Below, piece after piece: positions 19,372 through 30,258 of a DNA stretch of 64,000 nt. The DNA is taken from assembly GCA_903853455.1 (NCBI GenBank), contig CAINTR010000204.1, forward strand, positions 2,339 through 66,338, written 5' to 3'. Both the position numbers and the translations under genes were made by a program. How positions within the stretch are numbered: the stretch's first letter is position 1; the number at the start of each line of letters is the position of its first letter. The stretch comes from an uncultured Magnetospirillum sp. (GTDB taxonomy: Bacteria; Pseudomonadota; Alphaproteobacteria; Rhodospirillales; Magnetospirillaceae). A model generated the notes under the pieces. The model saw only the letters and a program-made list of their open reading frames with translations. It was not told the origin of the DNA and made no database searches.

Positions 19372-21594
19372 ATGCGGCGCTTCGGTTTCGGACAATCGGT
19401 CACGCGAGTGGAGGACCTGCGGTTCCTGCGCGGAGCCGGTCGCTACACCGATGATATTGGACTGACCGGTCAGGTCTATGGCTGGGTGGTGCGCAGCCTC
19501 TATCCCCATGCCGACATCGTCATCGACACGGCCGCCGCCGGCGCCATGCCCGGCGTGCTGCTGATCCTCACCGCCGCCGAACTGGCGGCCGAAGGCGTCG
19601 GCCCCATGCGGACCGGCTTCATGCCCAAGGGGCAGCCCGAGCCCATCCCCCGGCCGGTGCTGGCGGGGCCACGGGTGCGCCATGCCGGCGAGGCCGTCGC
19701 CTTCGTGGTGGCCGAGAGCGCCGACCAGGCCCGCGACGCCGCCGAGGCGGTCATGGTGGACTATACCCCGCTGCCGGCCGCCGGCTCCATCGCCACCGCC
19801 ACCGAGACGGTGGTGGACTGGCGCATGGGCGACGCGGCGCGGGCCCGCGCCGCCCTGGCCACGGCGCCGCGGGTGGTGGAACTGGAACTGGTCAACAACC
19901 GCCTCGCCCCCACCGCGCTGGAGCCGCGCGCCTGCCTGGCCAGACCCTTGGCCGGCGGCCGGCTGGAACTGATCGCCGGCAGCCAGGGCGTCCACGGGGT
20001 GCGGGACGAGCTGTGCAAGATCCTGGGACTGGCGCCGGACCGGCTCGACATGATCACCCCCGACGTGGGCGGCGGCTTCGGCCTCAAGATCAGCGCCTTC
20101 CCCGAACAGGTCATGGTTTTGGTGGCGGCGCGCATGTTAGACCGACCGGTCAGGTGGGTGGCCGACCGCAGCGAAAGCTTCCTCAGCGACACCCATGGCC
20201 GTGGTCATGTCAGCACCGCCCGGCTGGCCTTGACCGAGGATGGCCGTTTCCTCGGCCTCGACGTGGAGACGGTGGCCGATTTGGGCGCCTATGTCTCGCT
20301 TTACGGCGCCTATGTCCCCACCCTGGCCGGCACCGGCATGCTGACCGGCGTCTACGACATTCCGGCCTTTCACGCCCGGGTGCGCTGTGTCCACACCAAC
20401 ACCAGCCCGGTGGATGCCTATCGCGGCGCCGGGCGGCCGGAGGCCGCCTATCTGATCGAGCGGCTGGTGGACGTGGCGGCGCGCGACCTGGGCCTGTCGC
20501 CCGTGGAGATCCGGCGGCGCAATTTCATTCCGCCCTCGGCCTTTCCCTATGCCACGCCGGGCAAGCACACCTATGATTCCGGCGAATTCGCCCAGGTGAT
20601 GGACGCGGCCTTGCGGCGCGCCGACTGGGCCGGCTTCGAAGCCCGCCGGGCCGCAGCCAGGACCAGGGGAAAGCTGCGCGGCATCGGGCTGGCCTACTAT
20701 ATCGAGGTCTGCGGCGGCACCAGCGGCGAGGACGTCGTCCTGTCGGTCCATCCCGACGGCAGCGCCGAGATGCTGGTCGGCACCCAGTCCACCGGCCAGG
20801 GCCACGAAACCGCCTTCCCCCAGATGATGGCGGTCGAGCTGGGGCTGGACCTGGCCGCTATCCGCTTCGTCCAGGGCGACACACGGCGCATCGCCGAGGG
20901 CGGCGGCACCGGCGGCTCGCGCTCTCTGGCCCAGCAGGGCGGCGCCATCGCCCAGGCGGTGGACGCGCTGGTGGCGCAGGCGCGGCCCGTCGCCGCCGGG
21001 CTGTTGCAGGCCGAGGCGAGCGAGACCGCTTTCGCCGCCGGGGTGTTTTCCGCCGGGGCGCGCTCGGTGAGCTTCGCCGAGGTGGCGCGCGAGCATGGCC
21101 AGACCCTCACCGCCGCGCTGCGCTTCAAGCCCGAGGCCTCGACCTTCCCCAATGGCTGCCATGTCTGCGAGATCGAGGTCGATCCCGACACCGGCGAGTC
21201 CCTGATCGAGCGCTACACTATCGTTGACGATGTGGGGGTGGTGCTCAATCCGCTGCTGCTGCGGGGCCAGATCGTCGGCGGCGCCGTCCAGGGCATCGGT
21301 CAGGCGCTGCTGGAGCATGCCCTGTTCGACCCCCACAGCGCCCAGCCGCTGACCGCCAGCCTGATCGATTATGCCCTGCCCCGGGCCGAACACATCCCCG
21401 AGATCGACTTCTCCACCATCGAGATCCCCTGCCGTACCCATCCGCTGGGCATCAAGGGGGCCGGCGAGGCCGGCACCATCGGCGCGGCGCCGGCGGTGAT
21501 CAACGCCCTGGCCGATGCCCTGGATGTACGCCACCTCGACATGCCGGCGACGCCGCTGGCCCTGTGGACCCTGCTTCGAAAGAGCGCCGAATGA
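19372..21594 (+). CDS. Xanthine dehydrogenase/CoxL-like molybdopterin-binding subunit
   Basis: RVEDLRFLRGAGRYTDD, VGGGFGLK, AYRGAGRPE, GQGHET, GIKGAGEAG. Confidence 0.9.
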   Translation: MRRFGFGQSVTRVEDLRFLRGAGRYTDDIGLTGQVYGWVVRSLYPHADIVIDTAAAGAMPGVLLILTAAELAAEGVGPMRTGFMPKGQPEPIPRPVLAGPRVRHAGEAVAFVVAESADQARDAAEAVMVDYTPLPAAGSIATATETVVDWRMGDAARARAALATAPRVVELELVNNRLAPTALEPRACLARPLAGGRLELIAGSQGVHGVRDELCKILGLAPDRLDMITPDVGGGFGLKISAFPEQVMVLVAARMLDRPVRWVADRSESFLSDTHGRGHVSTARLALTEDGRFLGLDVETVADLGAYVSLYGAYVPTLAGTGMLTGVYDIPAFHARVRCVHTNTSPVDAYRGAGRPEAAYLIERLVDVAARDLGLSPVEIRRRNFIPPSAFPYATPGKHTYDSGEFAQVMDAALRRADWAGFEARRAAARTRGKLRGIGLAYYIEVCGGTSGEDVVLSVHPDGSAEMLVGTQSTGQGHETAFPQMMAVELGLDLAAIRFVQGDTRRIAEGGGTGGSRSLAQQGGAIAQAVDALVAQARPVAAGLLQAEASETAFAAGVFSAGARSVSFAEVAREHGQTLTAALRFKPEASTFPNGCHVCEIEVDPDTGESLIERYTIVDDVGVVLNPLLLRGQIVGGAVQGIGQALLEHALFDPHSAQPLTASLIDYALPRAEHIPEIDFSTIEIPCRTHPLGIKGAGEAGTIGAAPAVINALADALDVRHLDMPATPLALWTLLRKSAE

Positions 21595-22367
21595 CCCTTC
21601 CCGCCGACCTGTCCTCGCTGCTTCCCGCCCTGGAGGATCTGGCGCGGCAAGCCGGCGCCGCCATCATGGAGGTCTATCACTCCGACTTCGCGGTCAAGAC
21701 CAAGGGCGATGCCTCGCCGGTCACGGCGGCCGACGAAAAGGCCGAGGCGATCATCCTGCCCGGCCTGGCGGCGTTGACCCCCGGCATTCCCATCGTCGCC
21801 GAGGAGCAGGTGGCGGCCGGCCACATCCCCGATGTGGGCGACGGGCCGTTCTGGCTGGTCGACCCGCTGGACGGCACCAAGGAGTTCGTCAAGCGCAACG
21901 GCGAGTTCACCGTCAATATCGGCCTGATCGTCAACGGCGTGCCCTCGGCCGGGGTGGTGCTGGCGCCGGCCCAGACCCTGCTGTGGTCGGGCGCCGACGG
22001 CAAGGCGTTCAAGGTGGACGCGGCCGGCGCCCGCCATGCCATCGCCTGCCGCAAGCTGCCGGCCCACGGCGCGGTGGTGCTGACGTCGCGCTCGCACAAC
22101 AGTCCCGATGCCTTGAAGACCTGGATGGCGCAATTCCCCGGCGCCAGTCTCGATTTCGCCGGCTCGTCGCTGAAGTTCTGCAAGGTGGCGGAGGGCTCGG
22201 CCGACCTCTATCCCCGCTTCGGCCCCACCTGCGAATGGGATACCGCCGCCGCCAGCGCGGTTCTGCTTGCCGCCGGCGGCTTGGTCACGACCTTCGATGG
22301 CCGGGCCTTGGCCTATGCCAAGCCCAAATTCCTCAACCCCGACTTCATTGCGCGCGGATGGGCGTAG
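21591..22367 (+). CDS. cysQ: 3'(2'),5'-bisphosphate nucleotidase
   Basis: SPVTAAD, EE, DPLDGTKEF, GSSLKFC, EWDTAA. Confidence 0.93.
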   Translation: MTLPADLSSLLPALEDLARQAGAAIMEVYHSDFAVKTKGDASPVTAADEKAEAIILPGLAALTPGIPIVAEEQVAAGHIPDVGDGPFWLVDPLDGTKEFVKRNGEFTVNIGLIVNGVPSAGVVLAPAQTLLWSGADGKAFKVDAAGARHAIACRKLPAHGAVVLTSRSHNSPDALKTWMAQFPGASLDFAGSSLKFCKVAEGSADLYPRFGPTCEWDTAAASAVLLAAGGLVTTFDGRALAYAKPKFLNPDFIARGWA

Positions 22368-22425
22368 TCTCGCATTGAGAGTGATATGGGGGCTGCCGCC
22401 GGCCTTGGCGCGGTGGTGATTCCAC

Positions 22426-22454
22426 TTGCCAATTCCGATGAAATCAGCCACTAT
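22426..22454 (+). promoter_or_regulatory. Sigma70-type promoter for the putative sRNA
   Basis: TTGCCA-N17-CACTAT. Confidence 0.6.
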
Positions 22455-22457
22455 TTT

Positions 22458-22625
22458 CCGGTGGCCGAGCATTCGGCCACGTCAACAGCCGCCGTAATGC
22501 ACGTACGGCGACTCAGGGAAGGCTCGCAACTCCTGGTGGGTTGTTGTGGCGTGCGGCACCGCCCCACGGGGTCTTCTCCGGATCACGCGTCAAAAAGGCC
22601 GCCGGCTCAATTCCGGCGGCCTTTT
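22458..22625 (+). ncRNA. Putative structured small RNA (~165 nt)
   Basis: Own promoter; hairpins GTGGCCGA/TCGGCCAC, CGCCGTA/TACGGCG, CAGG/CCTG, GTGGG/CCCAC; ends in an intrinsic terminator; no credible ORF. Confidence 0.7.
22592..22625. terminator. Bidirectional intrinsic terminator
   Basis: AAAAAGGCCGCCGG-ctcaatt-CCGGCGGCCTTTT. Confidence 0.85.
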
Positions 22626-22753
22626 CGTGTCTGTATGGGAGGGTGTCCGGGGCGTTGCGCACGGCAAAACGCCTCGCTCGCCGCCAGTCGATGGCTGGCG
22701 GCGCGGGCGACTCCCGACCCTGTTCCGGCCGGCGCGTCAGGCGCCGACGGACG

Positions 22754-22975
22754 TCAAGCCGACAGGTCGAGCACCTGTCCGACGCTGGACTTGGCGATTT
22801 CGTCGGGCGAGGGGGGCTCTGGTGGTTTCGGTAGCGCGTTTTGAGCGACGACTTGCGGGAACACTTGAGCGACCTGCTCCTCCTGCTTGGTGGCAGTGAG
22901 GGGGCCTTGGAGGCTGGCTTGTGCGCGCGGCAAGTATTGCGCCGAATTCGCGACGCCGACGGATGATACGTCCAT
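22754..22975 (-). CDS. Small hypothetical protein (YjfB/putative motility protein-like)
   Basis: 73 aa: MDVSSVG..., Q/A-rich middle, Pro linker, C-terminal VGQVLDLSA; RBS present. Confidence 0.6.
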   Translation of the reverse strand: MDVSSVGVANSAQYLPRAQASLQGPLTATKQEEQVAQVFPQVVAQNALPKPPEPPSPDEIAKSSVGQVLDLSA

Positions 22976-23060
22976 GGTCCTGCCTTTCTGGCTGAACATA
23001 AGTATCGTTAGATTAACTTAATTTTCATTCCTTGTCATGGACTCAATGCGCCTCGCCCGC

Positions 23061-23603
23061 TCAGGGCGGCTCGCCCATCAGCTCTCTCGCGATCTGGTTG
23101 ATCAGGAGGCGGAAGCGGCGGTCGTCGACGCCGTCGATCTTGGCGACCCACCCCCGCACCGACGACAGCAGCGACTCGCCGTCGCAGAAGGTGGCGATCA
23201 GGTCGATCCGCCCGGCCGCCTCGATTCTGGCGGTCTCCATGGTGGCGCGGCCGGCGCAGATGGCGCGTTCGTCCAGGTTCGGGGCGGCGCCCACCACCAC
23301 CACGATGCGGAAATTGGGTTTCGCCGCGGCGGCGGCGTTGGTGGTCAGGGTGAAGGGGCGGGCGGGAATGCCGGCGGCCAGGGCCTCGGCGATGGCGCGG
23401 GCCAATCTGGCCGGGCTGGCGGTGTCGAGGGAGGCGCCCCGCACCTCCAGCAGCAAGGGGCCGGGACTGGTGGCGTAGATGAAGGAGCTCCAGGCGGCGG
23501 GGCTGCGCGTGCCGCCCGGCACGGTGGAGGGGCCGTCGCCACAGCCGCCGACCAGGGTGGCGAGGGCGGCGGCGCCGAGGGAGAGCAGGCGTTTCATCAT
23601 CAT
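23061..23603 (-). CDS. Hypothetical lipoprotein
   Basis: Signal peptide MKRLLSLGAAALATLVGG-C with lipobox. Confidence 0.75.
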   Translation of the reverse strand: MMMKRLLSLGAAALATLVGGCGDGPSTVPGGTRSPAAWSSFIYATSPGPLLLEVRGASLDTASPARLARAIAEALAAGIPARPFTLTTNAAAAAKPNFRIVVVVGAAPNLDERAICAGRATMETARIEAAGRIDLIATFCDGESLLSSVRGWVAKIDGVDDRRFRLLINQIARELMGEPP

Positions 23604-23727
23604 GAGCCATGGTCGCCCGCCCTCGGGCAGCCTGTCAACCGGGGCGGCGAATCTCTCCTTGCACCCCTGGTCTCCCGCCGCTAGTGTTAATCACACTAAT
23701 GCTTCGTATTTTCATGGGGGCAATACA

Positions 23728-24941
23728 GTGCTCGACGGCCGGCGCGTTCTGCTCATCATTTCCGGCGGCATCGCCGCGTACAAATCCCTGGAGCTGATTC
23801 GCCGGTTGAAGGACCGGGGCTGCGCCGTGCGCTGCATCCTCACCAAGGGCGGGGCGAATTTCGTCACGCCGTTGGCGGTGGCGGCGCTGTCGGGCGACAA
23901 GGTCTATCAGGAGACGTTCTCGCTGACCGACGAAGCCGAGATGGGCCATATCCGCCTGTCGCGCGAGGCCGACCTGGTGGTGGTGGCGCCGGCCACCGCC
24001 AATCTGCTGGCCAAGATGGCGGCGGGGATCGCCGACGACCTGGCCTCCACCGCCCTGCTGGCCACCGACAAGCCGGTGCTGGTGGCGCCGGCCATGAACA
24101 CCATGATGTGGGAACACGCCGCCACGAGGGCCAATCTGGCCACCCTGGAAGGGCGCGGCATCCGGCGGGTCGGGCCCGGCTCCGGCGATCTCGCCTGCGG
24201 CGAGGTGGGCGCCGGCCGCATGGCCGAGCCGGCCGAGATCCTGGCCGCCATTGAGGCGCTGCTGGCCGGCGCCCAACTTGGCCCCCTCAAGGGGGTCAAG
24301 GCCATCGTCACCAGCGGCCCGACGCACGAGGCCATCGATCCGGTGCGCTATATCGCCAACCGTTCCTCGGGCAAGCAGGGCCACGCCATCGCCGCCGCCC
24401 TGGCGGCGCTGGGGGCTGAAGTCACCCTGGTCAGCGGTCCGGTCGCCCTGGCCGATCCGCCGGGCCTGCGCGTCGTCCATGTGGAAAGCGCCATGGCCAT
24501 GCTGAACGCGGTGCGGGTCGCTCTGCCGGCCGACGTGGTGGTCTGCGCCGCCGCCGTGGCCGACTGGACCGTCGCCAACCGCACCACCGAGAAACGCAAG
24601 AAGAAGGTGGGCGCGCCGCCGCCGGTGATCGAACTGGCGCCCAATCCCGATATCCTGATGACGGTGGCCAAGGCGGAAGGCGGCTTGCGCCCGCGTCTGG
24701 TGGTGGGGTTCGCCGCCGAAACCGAAGCGCTGCTGGACAATGCCCGCGACAAGCTGGCGCGCAAGGGCTGCGACTGGATCGTCGCCAACGACGTGTCCGA
24801 GGACAGCGGCACCTTCGGCGGCGACGCCAATGCCGTCTATGTGCTGGACGCCAAGGGGGTCGAAAGCTGGCCCAAGATGGACAAGGCCGAGGTCGCCGCC
24901 CGTCTGGCCGGGCGCATCGCCGCCACGCTGGGGGAGGGGGT

Positions 24942-24945
<4 letters not shown>
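23728..24945 (+). CDS. coaBC: Phosphopantothenoylcysteine decarboxylase/ligase
   Basis: [40 protein letters not shown]. Confidence 0.96.
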
Positions 24946-25406
<461 letters not shown>

Positions 25407-25411
25407 CGACG

Positions 25412-25867
25412 ATGCTGCGCCCGTCCAAGAAGATGCTGTTCGCCATCGAGGCGGTGCTGGACATCGCCTACCACGCCGGCGGCGAACCGGTGCAAAGCCG
25501 CGAGATCACGCGCCGCCAGGGCATTCCGCGCCGCTATCTGGAACAGACCCTCCAGCAGCTGGTGCGGGCCGGGGTTCTGGTGGGCGTGCGTGGTCCCCGT
25601 GGCGGCTATCGGCTGGCGCGTGAACGCCGCCGCATCTCGGTGGGCGAGATCGTCCGGGTGGTCCGCGCCCTGGAGACCGCCGAGGATCCCTATCAGGACA
25701 TGCCGGCGTCCGAACTGGGCCGGCTGGTCATCCGCCCCATGTGGGGCGACCTGTCCGAGGAGATCATGGCCCAGCTGGACGGCATCACCATCGACGACCT
25801 GTGCATGCGCGCCTACAAGGGCGGCATCCCCAGCGAGGCCCACCAGAAGTTGGACTTCATCATCTGA
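25412..25867 (+). CDS. Rrf2-family regulator (CymR-like, no Fe-S Cys triad)
   Basis: YLEQTLQQLVRAGVLVGVRGPRGGYRLA winged HTH; single Cys. Confidence 0.9.
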   Translation: MLRPSKKMLFAIEAVLDIAYHAGGEPVQSREITRRQGIPRRYLEQTLQQLVRAGVLVGVRGPRGGYRLARERRRISVGEIVRVVRALETAEDPYQDMPASELGRLVIRPMWGDLSEEIMAQLDGITIDDLCMRAYKGGIPSEAHQKLDFII

Positions 25868-25939
25868 TCTTGTCCTTGGTGGTCTAGTAATGTAGTGTGG
25901 TTATCAGATGAACTACAATTTTCTCATGGAGAATCTAGG

Positions 25940-26908
<969 letters not shown>

Positions 26909-26915
26909 GCTGGTT

Positions 26916-27030
26916 TCCCTCGCCCGCTTGCGGGAGAGGGAGGGGCCCGCCGCCGCAGGCGGGGGGAGGGTGAGGGCCCTCACCCGGCTCGGCTATGCCT
27001 CGCCACCCTCTCCCGCAAGCGGGAGAGGGG
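26916..27030. repeat. CCCTCTCCC/GGGAGAGGG REP-like composite palindrome
   Basis: CCCTCGCCCGCTTGCGGGAGAGGG...GGGTGAGGGCCCTCACCCGG...CACCCTCTCCCGCAAGCGGGAGAGGGG. Confidence 0.85.
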
Positions 27031-27056
27031 CTTTGCGGCGATCTTTCGAGGATTCC

Positions 27057-27857
27057 ATGGACTTCACCGAGGAGCAGATCCACCGCTACGCCCGCCACAT
27101 CATCCTGCCGGAGGTGGGCGGCGTGGGCCAAGAAAAGCTCCTGGGGTCCAGCGCTCTGGTGATCGGGGCCGGCGGGCTGGGCTCGCCGGTGATCCTCTAT
27201 CTCGCCGCCGCCGGGGTGGGCACCATCGGCGTGGTGGACGACGACGACGTGGAACTGTCCAACCTCCAGCGCCAGATCATCCACACCACGTCCTCCATCG
27301 GCACCGCCAAGGTCGACAGCGCGGCGCGCGCCGTCGCCGAGGTCAATCCCGATGTGCGGCTGGTGCCCATCCGCCACCGTCTCGACAAGGACAACGCCCG
27401 CGCCATCATCCGCGATTTCCAGGTGGTGGCCGACGGCTCCGACAACTTCCCCACCCGCTTCCTGGTCAACGATGCTTGCCGGTTGGAGGGCAAGATTCTG
27501 GTCTCGGCCGCCATCCTGCGCTTCGACGGCCAACTCGCCACCTACAAGCCGGGAGGGCCGTGTTATCGCTGCATCTACCGCGAGCCGCCGCCCGAAGGCC
27601 ATGTGCCCACCTGCTCCAGCGCCGGGGTGCTGGGCGCCATCGCCGGCACCATGGGTGCCATGCAGGCCACCGAGGTGCTGAAGGAGCTGCTGGGCATCGG
27701 CGAGTCGCTGGCCGGCAAGCTGGTGATCTACGACGCCCTGGCGGTGGCTTTCCGCACCGTGCGGGTGCCGCGCGATCCCGGCTGTCCGCTGTGCGGCGAC
27801 CATCCCACCATCACCGACCTGTCGGGCCATGGAAGCACCGCCAATGTCTGCGGATGA
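27057..27857 (+). CDS. moeB: MoeB/ThiF-family adenylyltransferase
   Basis: RYARHIIL, GAGGLG, SNLQRQ, DGSDNF, CYRC and CPLC Zn sites, TC..AGVLG. Confidence 0.85.
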   Translation: MDFTEEQIHRYARHIILPEVGGVGQEKLLGSSALVIGAGGLGSPVILYLAAAGVGTIGVVDDDDVELSNLQRQIIHTTSSIGTAKVDSAARAVAEVNPDVRLVPIRHRLDKDNARAIIRDFQVVADGSDNFPTRFLVNDACRLEGKILVSAAILRFDGQLATYKPGGPCYRCIYREPPPEGHVPTCSSAGVLGAIAGTMGAMQATEVLKELLGIGESLAGKLVIYDALAVAFRTVRVPRDPGCPLCGDHPTITDLSGHGSTANVCG

Positions 27858-28308
27858 CAAGACCAGCCCCGACAAACTTTCCCCCGATAAACTTTCTATC
27901 GTGGTGTTTTCCGGCGATTTCGACCGCGTCCACTACGCCCTGGTGATGGCGGCGGCGGCGGTGGCCTCCAATACGCCGGTGACCTTGTTCTTCACCATGT
28001 GGGCCGGCCGCGCCCTGGAGAAGCCGCTGCCCGACGGCTCGCCGGCCTGGACCCGTCTCAGGGTTTCCGACGGTGGCATGACCGCCGCCGAGATGGATGC
28101 CGGCTTCAAGGCCAAGGGCATCGGCAGTTTCGAGGAATTGCTGGAGGCCTGCGTGGCGCTGGGCGTCACCGTCATGGTGTGCGAGATGGGCCTGAAGGCG
28201 CTGGGCATGGACCCGGACGGGTTGCGGCCCGACGTGCCGGTGGCCAAGGGCGGCGTCGTCACCTTCCTGGCGGACGCCTCCCGGACCGGGGCGATGGTGT
28301 TCGTTTAG
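27844..28308 (+). CDS. DsrE/DsrF-like sulfur relay protein
   Basis: SIVVFSGDFDR..YAL..AAAAVA...VTLFFTMW, VMVCEMGL conserved Cys. Confidence 0.8.
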   Translation: MSADDKTSPDKLSPDKLSIVVFSGDFDRVHYALVMAAAAVASNTPVTLFFTMWAGRALEKPLPDGSPAWTRLRVSDGGMTAAEMDAGFKAKGIGSFEELLEACVALGVTVMVCEMGLKALGMDPDGLRPDVPVAKGGVVTFLADASRTGAMVFV

Positions 28309-28324
28309 CGCCGTTCGAATCGCT

Positions 28325-28339
28325 GTTACCCGTTGTTAC
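28325..28339. promoter_or_regulatory. OmpR/CpxR-like direct repeat upstream of the Spy-like gene
   Basis: GTTAC-N5-GTTAC (GTAAC-N5-GTAAC on the minus strand). Confidence 0.45.
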
Positions 28340-28413
28340 CAATGGACCCGTAACGCCGTTACAGCCCAGGCGTATAACGGACGTCATCACAACCCGTCCG
28401 ACGAGGTGACGCC

Positions 28414-28941
28414 ATGACATTCCTTTCCCGCATGACCATCGGCACCGTTCTGGCGCTCGCCATCGCCGGCCTGTTCGGCGCCGTCCGCGCCGCCGAGCCC
28501 GCCGCTCCCGCCGCCCATCATGGTCCCGCCCAGATGTGTGGCGACATGGATGCCCGCATGGCCGGCCGTCTGGCCTATGCCGAGGCCAAGCTGGGGCTGA
28601 ACGATGCCCAGAAGGCTCAATTCAAGACGCTGAGCGAGACCATGAAGGCCGCCAACGAGCCGGTGCGCAAGGCCTGTGCCGACCTGACCGCCCAGCCGGC
28701 GGCGACCACCCTGCCGGCCCGTCTGGAGAGCATGCAGAAGATGATGACCGCCCGCACCGAAGCGCTGGGCAAGGTGGTGCCGGCCGTGACCCAGTTCTAC
28801 AAGGGCCTGACGCCGGACCAGCAGAAGATCGCCGACACCACCTTGATGGGTGGTCATCGTGGCGCCATGGGCCATCGCGCCTCCAAGGGCCATTGGAACC
28901 ATGACGGCGGCGGCCACGACGGCTCCATGATGCAGCACTAA
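28414..28941 (+). CDS. Spy/CpxP-family (LTXXQ) periplasmic protein
   Basis: Signal peptide, LGLNDAQK and LTPDQQ motifs, His/Met-rich tail. Confidence 0.85.
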   Translation: MTFLSRMTIGTVLALAIAGLFGAVRAAEPAAPAAHHGPAQMCGDMDARMAGRLAYAEAKLGLNDAQKAQFKTLSETMKAANEPVRKACADLTAQPAATTLPARLESMQKMMTARTEALGKVVPAVTQFYKGLTPDQQKIADTTLMGGHRGAMGHRASKGHWNHDGGGHDGSMMQH

Positions 28942-28964
28942 GCCCCGTCCTCTCTGCCCAAGAA

Positions 28965-28997
28965 AAAGCCCCCCGGAGCGTCGCTCCGGGGGGCTTT
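28965..28997. terminator. Intrinsic terminator
   Basis: AAAGCCCCCCGGAGC-gtc-GCTCCGGGGGGCTTT between convergent genes. Confidence 0.85.
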
Positions 28998-29010
28998 GTC
29001 GTATATCAGC

Positions 29011-29121
29011 GCCCTCAGGCGCCGGGCGGGGCACCTCCGTGCCCCTTGGCTTTCGCCGCATGGGCGGCGGCGGCCCTTGGCCTTGCCGACGAGCGAATGA
29101 ATGGCTCCATTCGCTCGTCGG
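29011..29121 (+). repeat. CCCTCA-CGCCGGG structured repeat, full copy
   Basis: GCCCTCAGGCGCCGGGC-GGGGCACctccGTGCCCC-TTGGCTTTC-GCCGCatggGCGGC...CGACGAGCGAATG..CATTCGCTCGTCG. Confidence 0.85.
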
Positions 29122-29123
29122 TC

Positions 29124-30110
29124 TCAGAACATGGAGGCGAGGACGCGATCCGGCGGTTGGTGGCCGTCGGCGAAGGTCTTGATGTTGATCAGCACCTTCT
29201 CGCCCATGTCGACGCGGCTTTCCAGCGTGGCGGAGCCGAGATGGGGCAGCAGCATCACATTGTCCAGCGCCAGCAGCTTGGGGTTGACCGCCGGCTCGTG
29301 CTCGAACACGTCCAGACCGGCACCGGCCAGATCGCCCCGGATCAGCATGCGGGTCAGGGCGTTCTCGTCGACGATCTCGCCACGGGCGGTGTTGACCACA
29401 TAGGCGTGCTTGGGCAGCAGTTCCAGGCGGCGGGCCGACAGCAGATGGAAGGTGGCGGGGGTATGCGGGCAGTGGACGGTCACCACGTCCATGCGGGCCA
29501 GCATCTGGTCCAGGCTCTCCCAGTAGGTGGCTTCCAGCTCGGTCTCGATGTCCGGGTGGACCTTCTTGCGATTGTGGTAGTGGATCGACATGCCGAAGGC
29601 CTTGGCGCGCCGCGCCACCGCTTGGCCGATGCGGCCCATGCCGATGATGCCGAGGCGCTTGCCCCAAATCCGGTGGCCCAGCATGAAGGTGGGGCCCCAG
29701 CCCTTCCAGTCGCCCGAGCGGATCAGGCGCTCGCCCTCGGACAGGCGGCGCGGCACCGCCAGGATCAGGGCCATGGCCATGTCGGCGGTGTCCTCGGTCA
29801 GGACGCCGGGGGTGTTGGTGATGGTGATGCCGCGCTGGCGGGCGCTGGCGAGGTCGATGTGATCGACGCCGGTGCCGAAATTGGCGATCAGCTTGAGGTT
29901 GGGGCCGGCCTGGGCCATGACGGCGGCGTCGATGCGATCGGTCACGGTGGGGACCAGGACGTCGGCGGTCTTGACCGCCTCGATCAGCTCGGCCTTGGTC
30001 ATGGGATGATCGTCGACGTTCAACCTGGTGTCGAACAGTTCCATCATCCGGGTTTCGATGGCGTCGGGCAGCTTGCGGCTGACCACGACGACCGGCTTCT
30101 TATGTGGCAT
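29124..30110 (-). CDS. D-2-hydroxyacid dehydrogenase (glyoxylate/hydroxypyruvate reductase-like)
   Basis: FGTGVDHID, NTPGVLT, GMGRIG, VNTARG, GLDVFEHEP, LPHLGSAT. Confidence 0.93.
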   Translation of the reverse strand: MPHKKPVVVVSRKLPDAIETRMMELFDTRLNVDDHPMTKAELIEAVKTADVLVPTVTDRIDAAVMAQAGPNLKLIANFGTGVDHIDLASARQRGITITNTPGVLTEDTADMAMALILAVPRRLSEGERLIRSGDWKGWGPTFMLGHRIWGKRLGIIGMGRIGQAVARRAKAFGMSIHYHNRKKVHPDIETELEATYWESLDQMLARMDVVTVHCPHTPATFHLLSARRLELLPKHAYVVNTARGEIVDENALTRMLIRGDLAGAGLDVFEHEPAVNPKLLALDNVMLLPHLGSATLESRVDMGEKVLINIKTFADGHQPPDRVLASMF

Positions 30111-30258
30111 TCCTGTACTCCTCCCGGTGCCCGTCATCACGACCTAGCAACTCGGCGAGGCCTTGTCCAGGGCCGTGTTGGGCCTTCTTGAAAGTGGTGG
30201 CTTCCACCCGCCTTGACCAGTGGGTCGAAGCCACCCCTATAATGCCGTCGGAGGGACG

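Noticed and set aside
19372-21594. Aerobic CO dehydrogenase (form I CoxL)
   Set aside because: Active-site loop is AYRGAGR, not AYXCSFR, and there are no coxMS or accessory genes.
22458-22625. tmRNA, 6S RNA, tRNA or SAM riboswitch
   Set aside because: No tRNA-like acceptor/T-arm or tag ORF, no long 6S rod or zapA/ygfA context, and no downstream same-strand gene to regulate.
23001-23022. CtrA box
   Set aside because: TTAA half-sites are present but not in TTAA-N7-TTAA spacing; mentioned only as weak.
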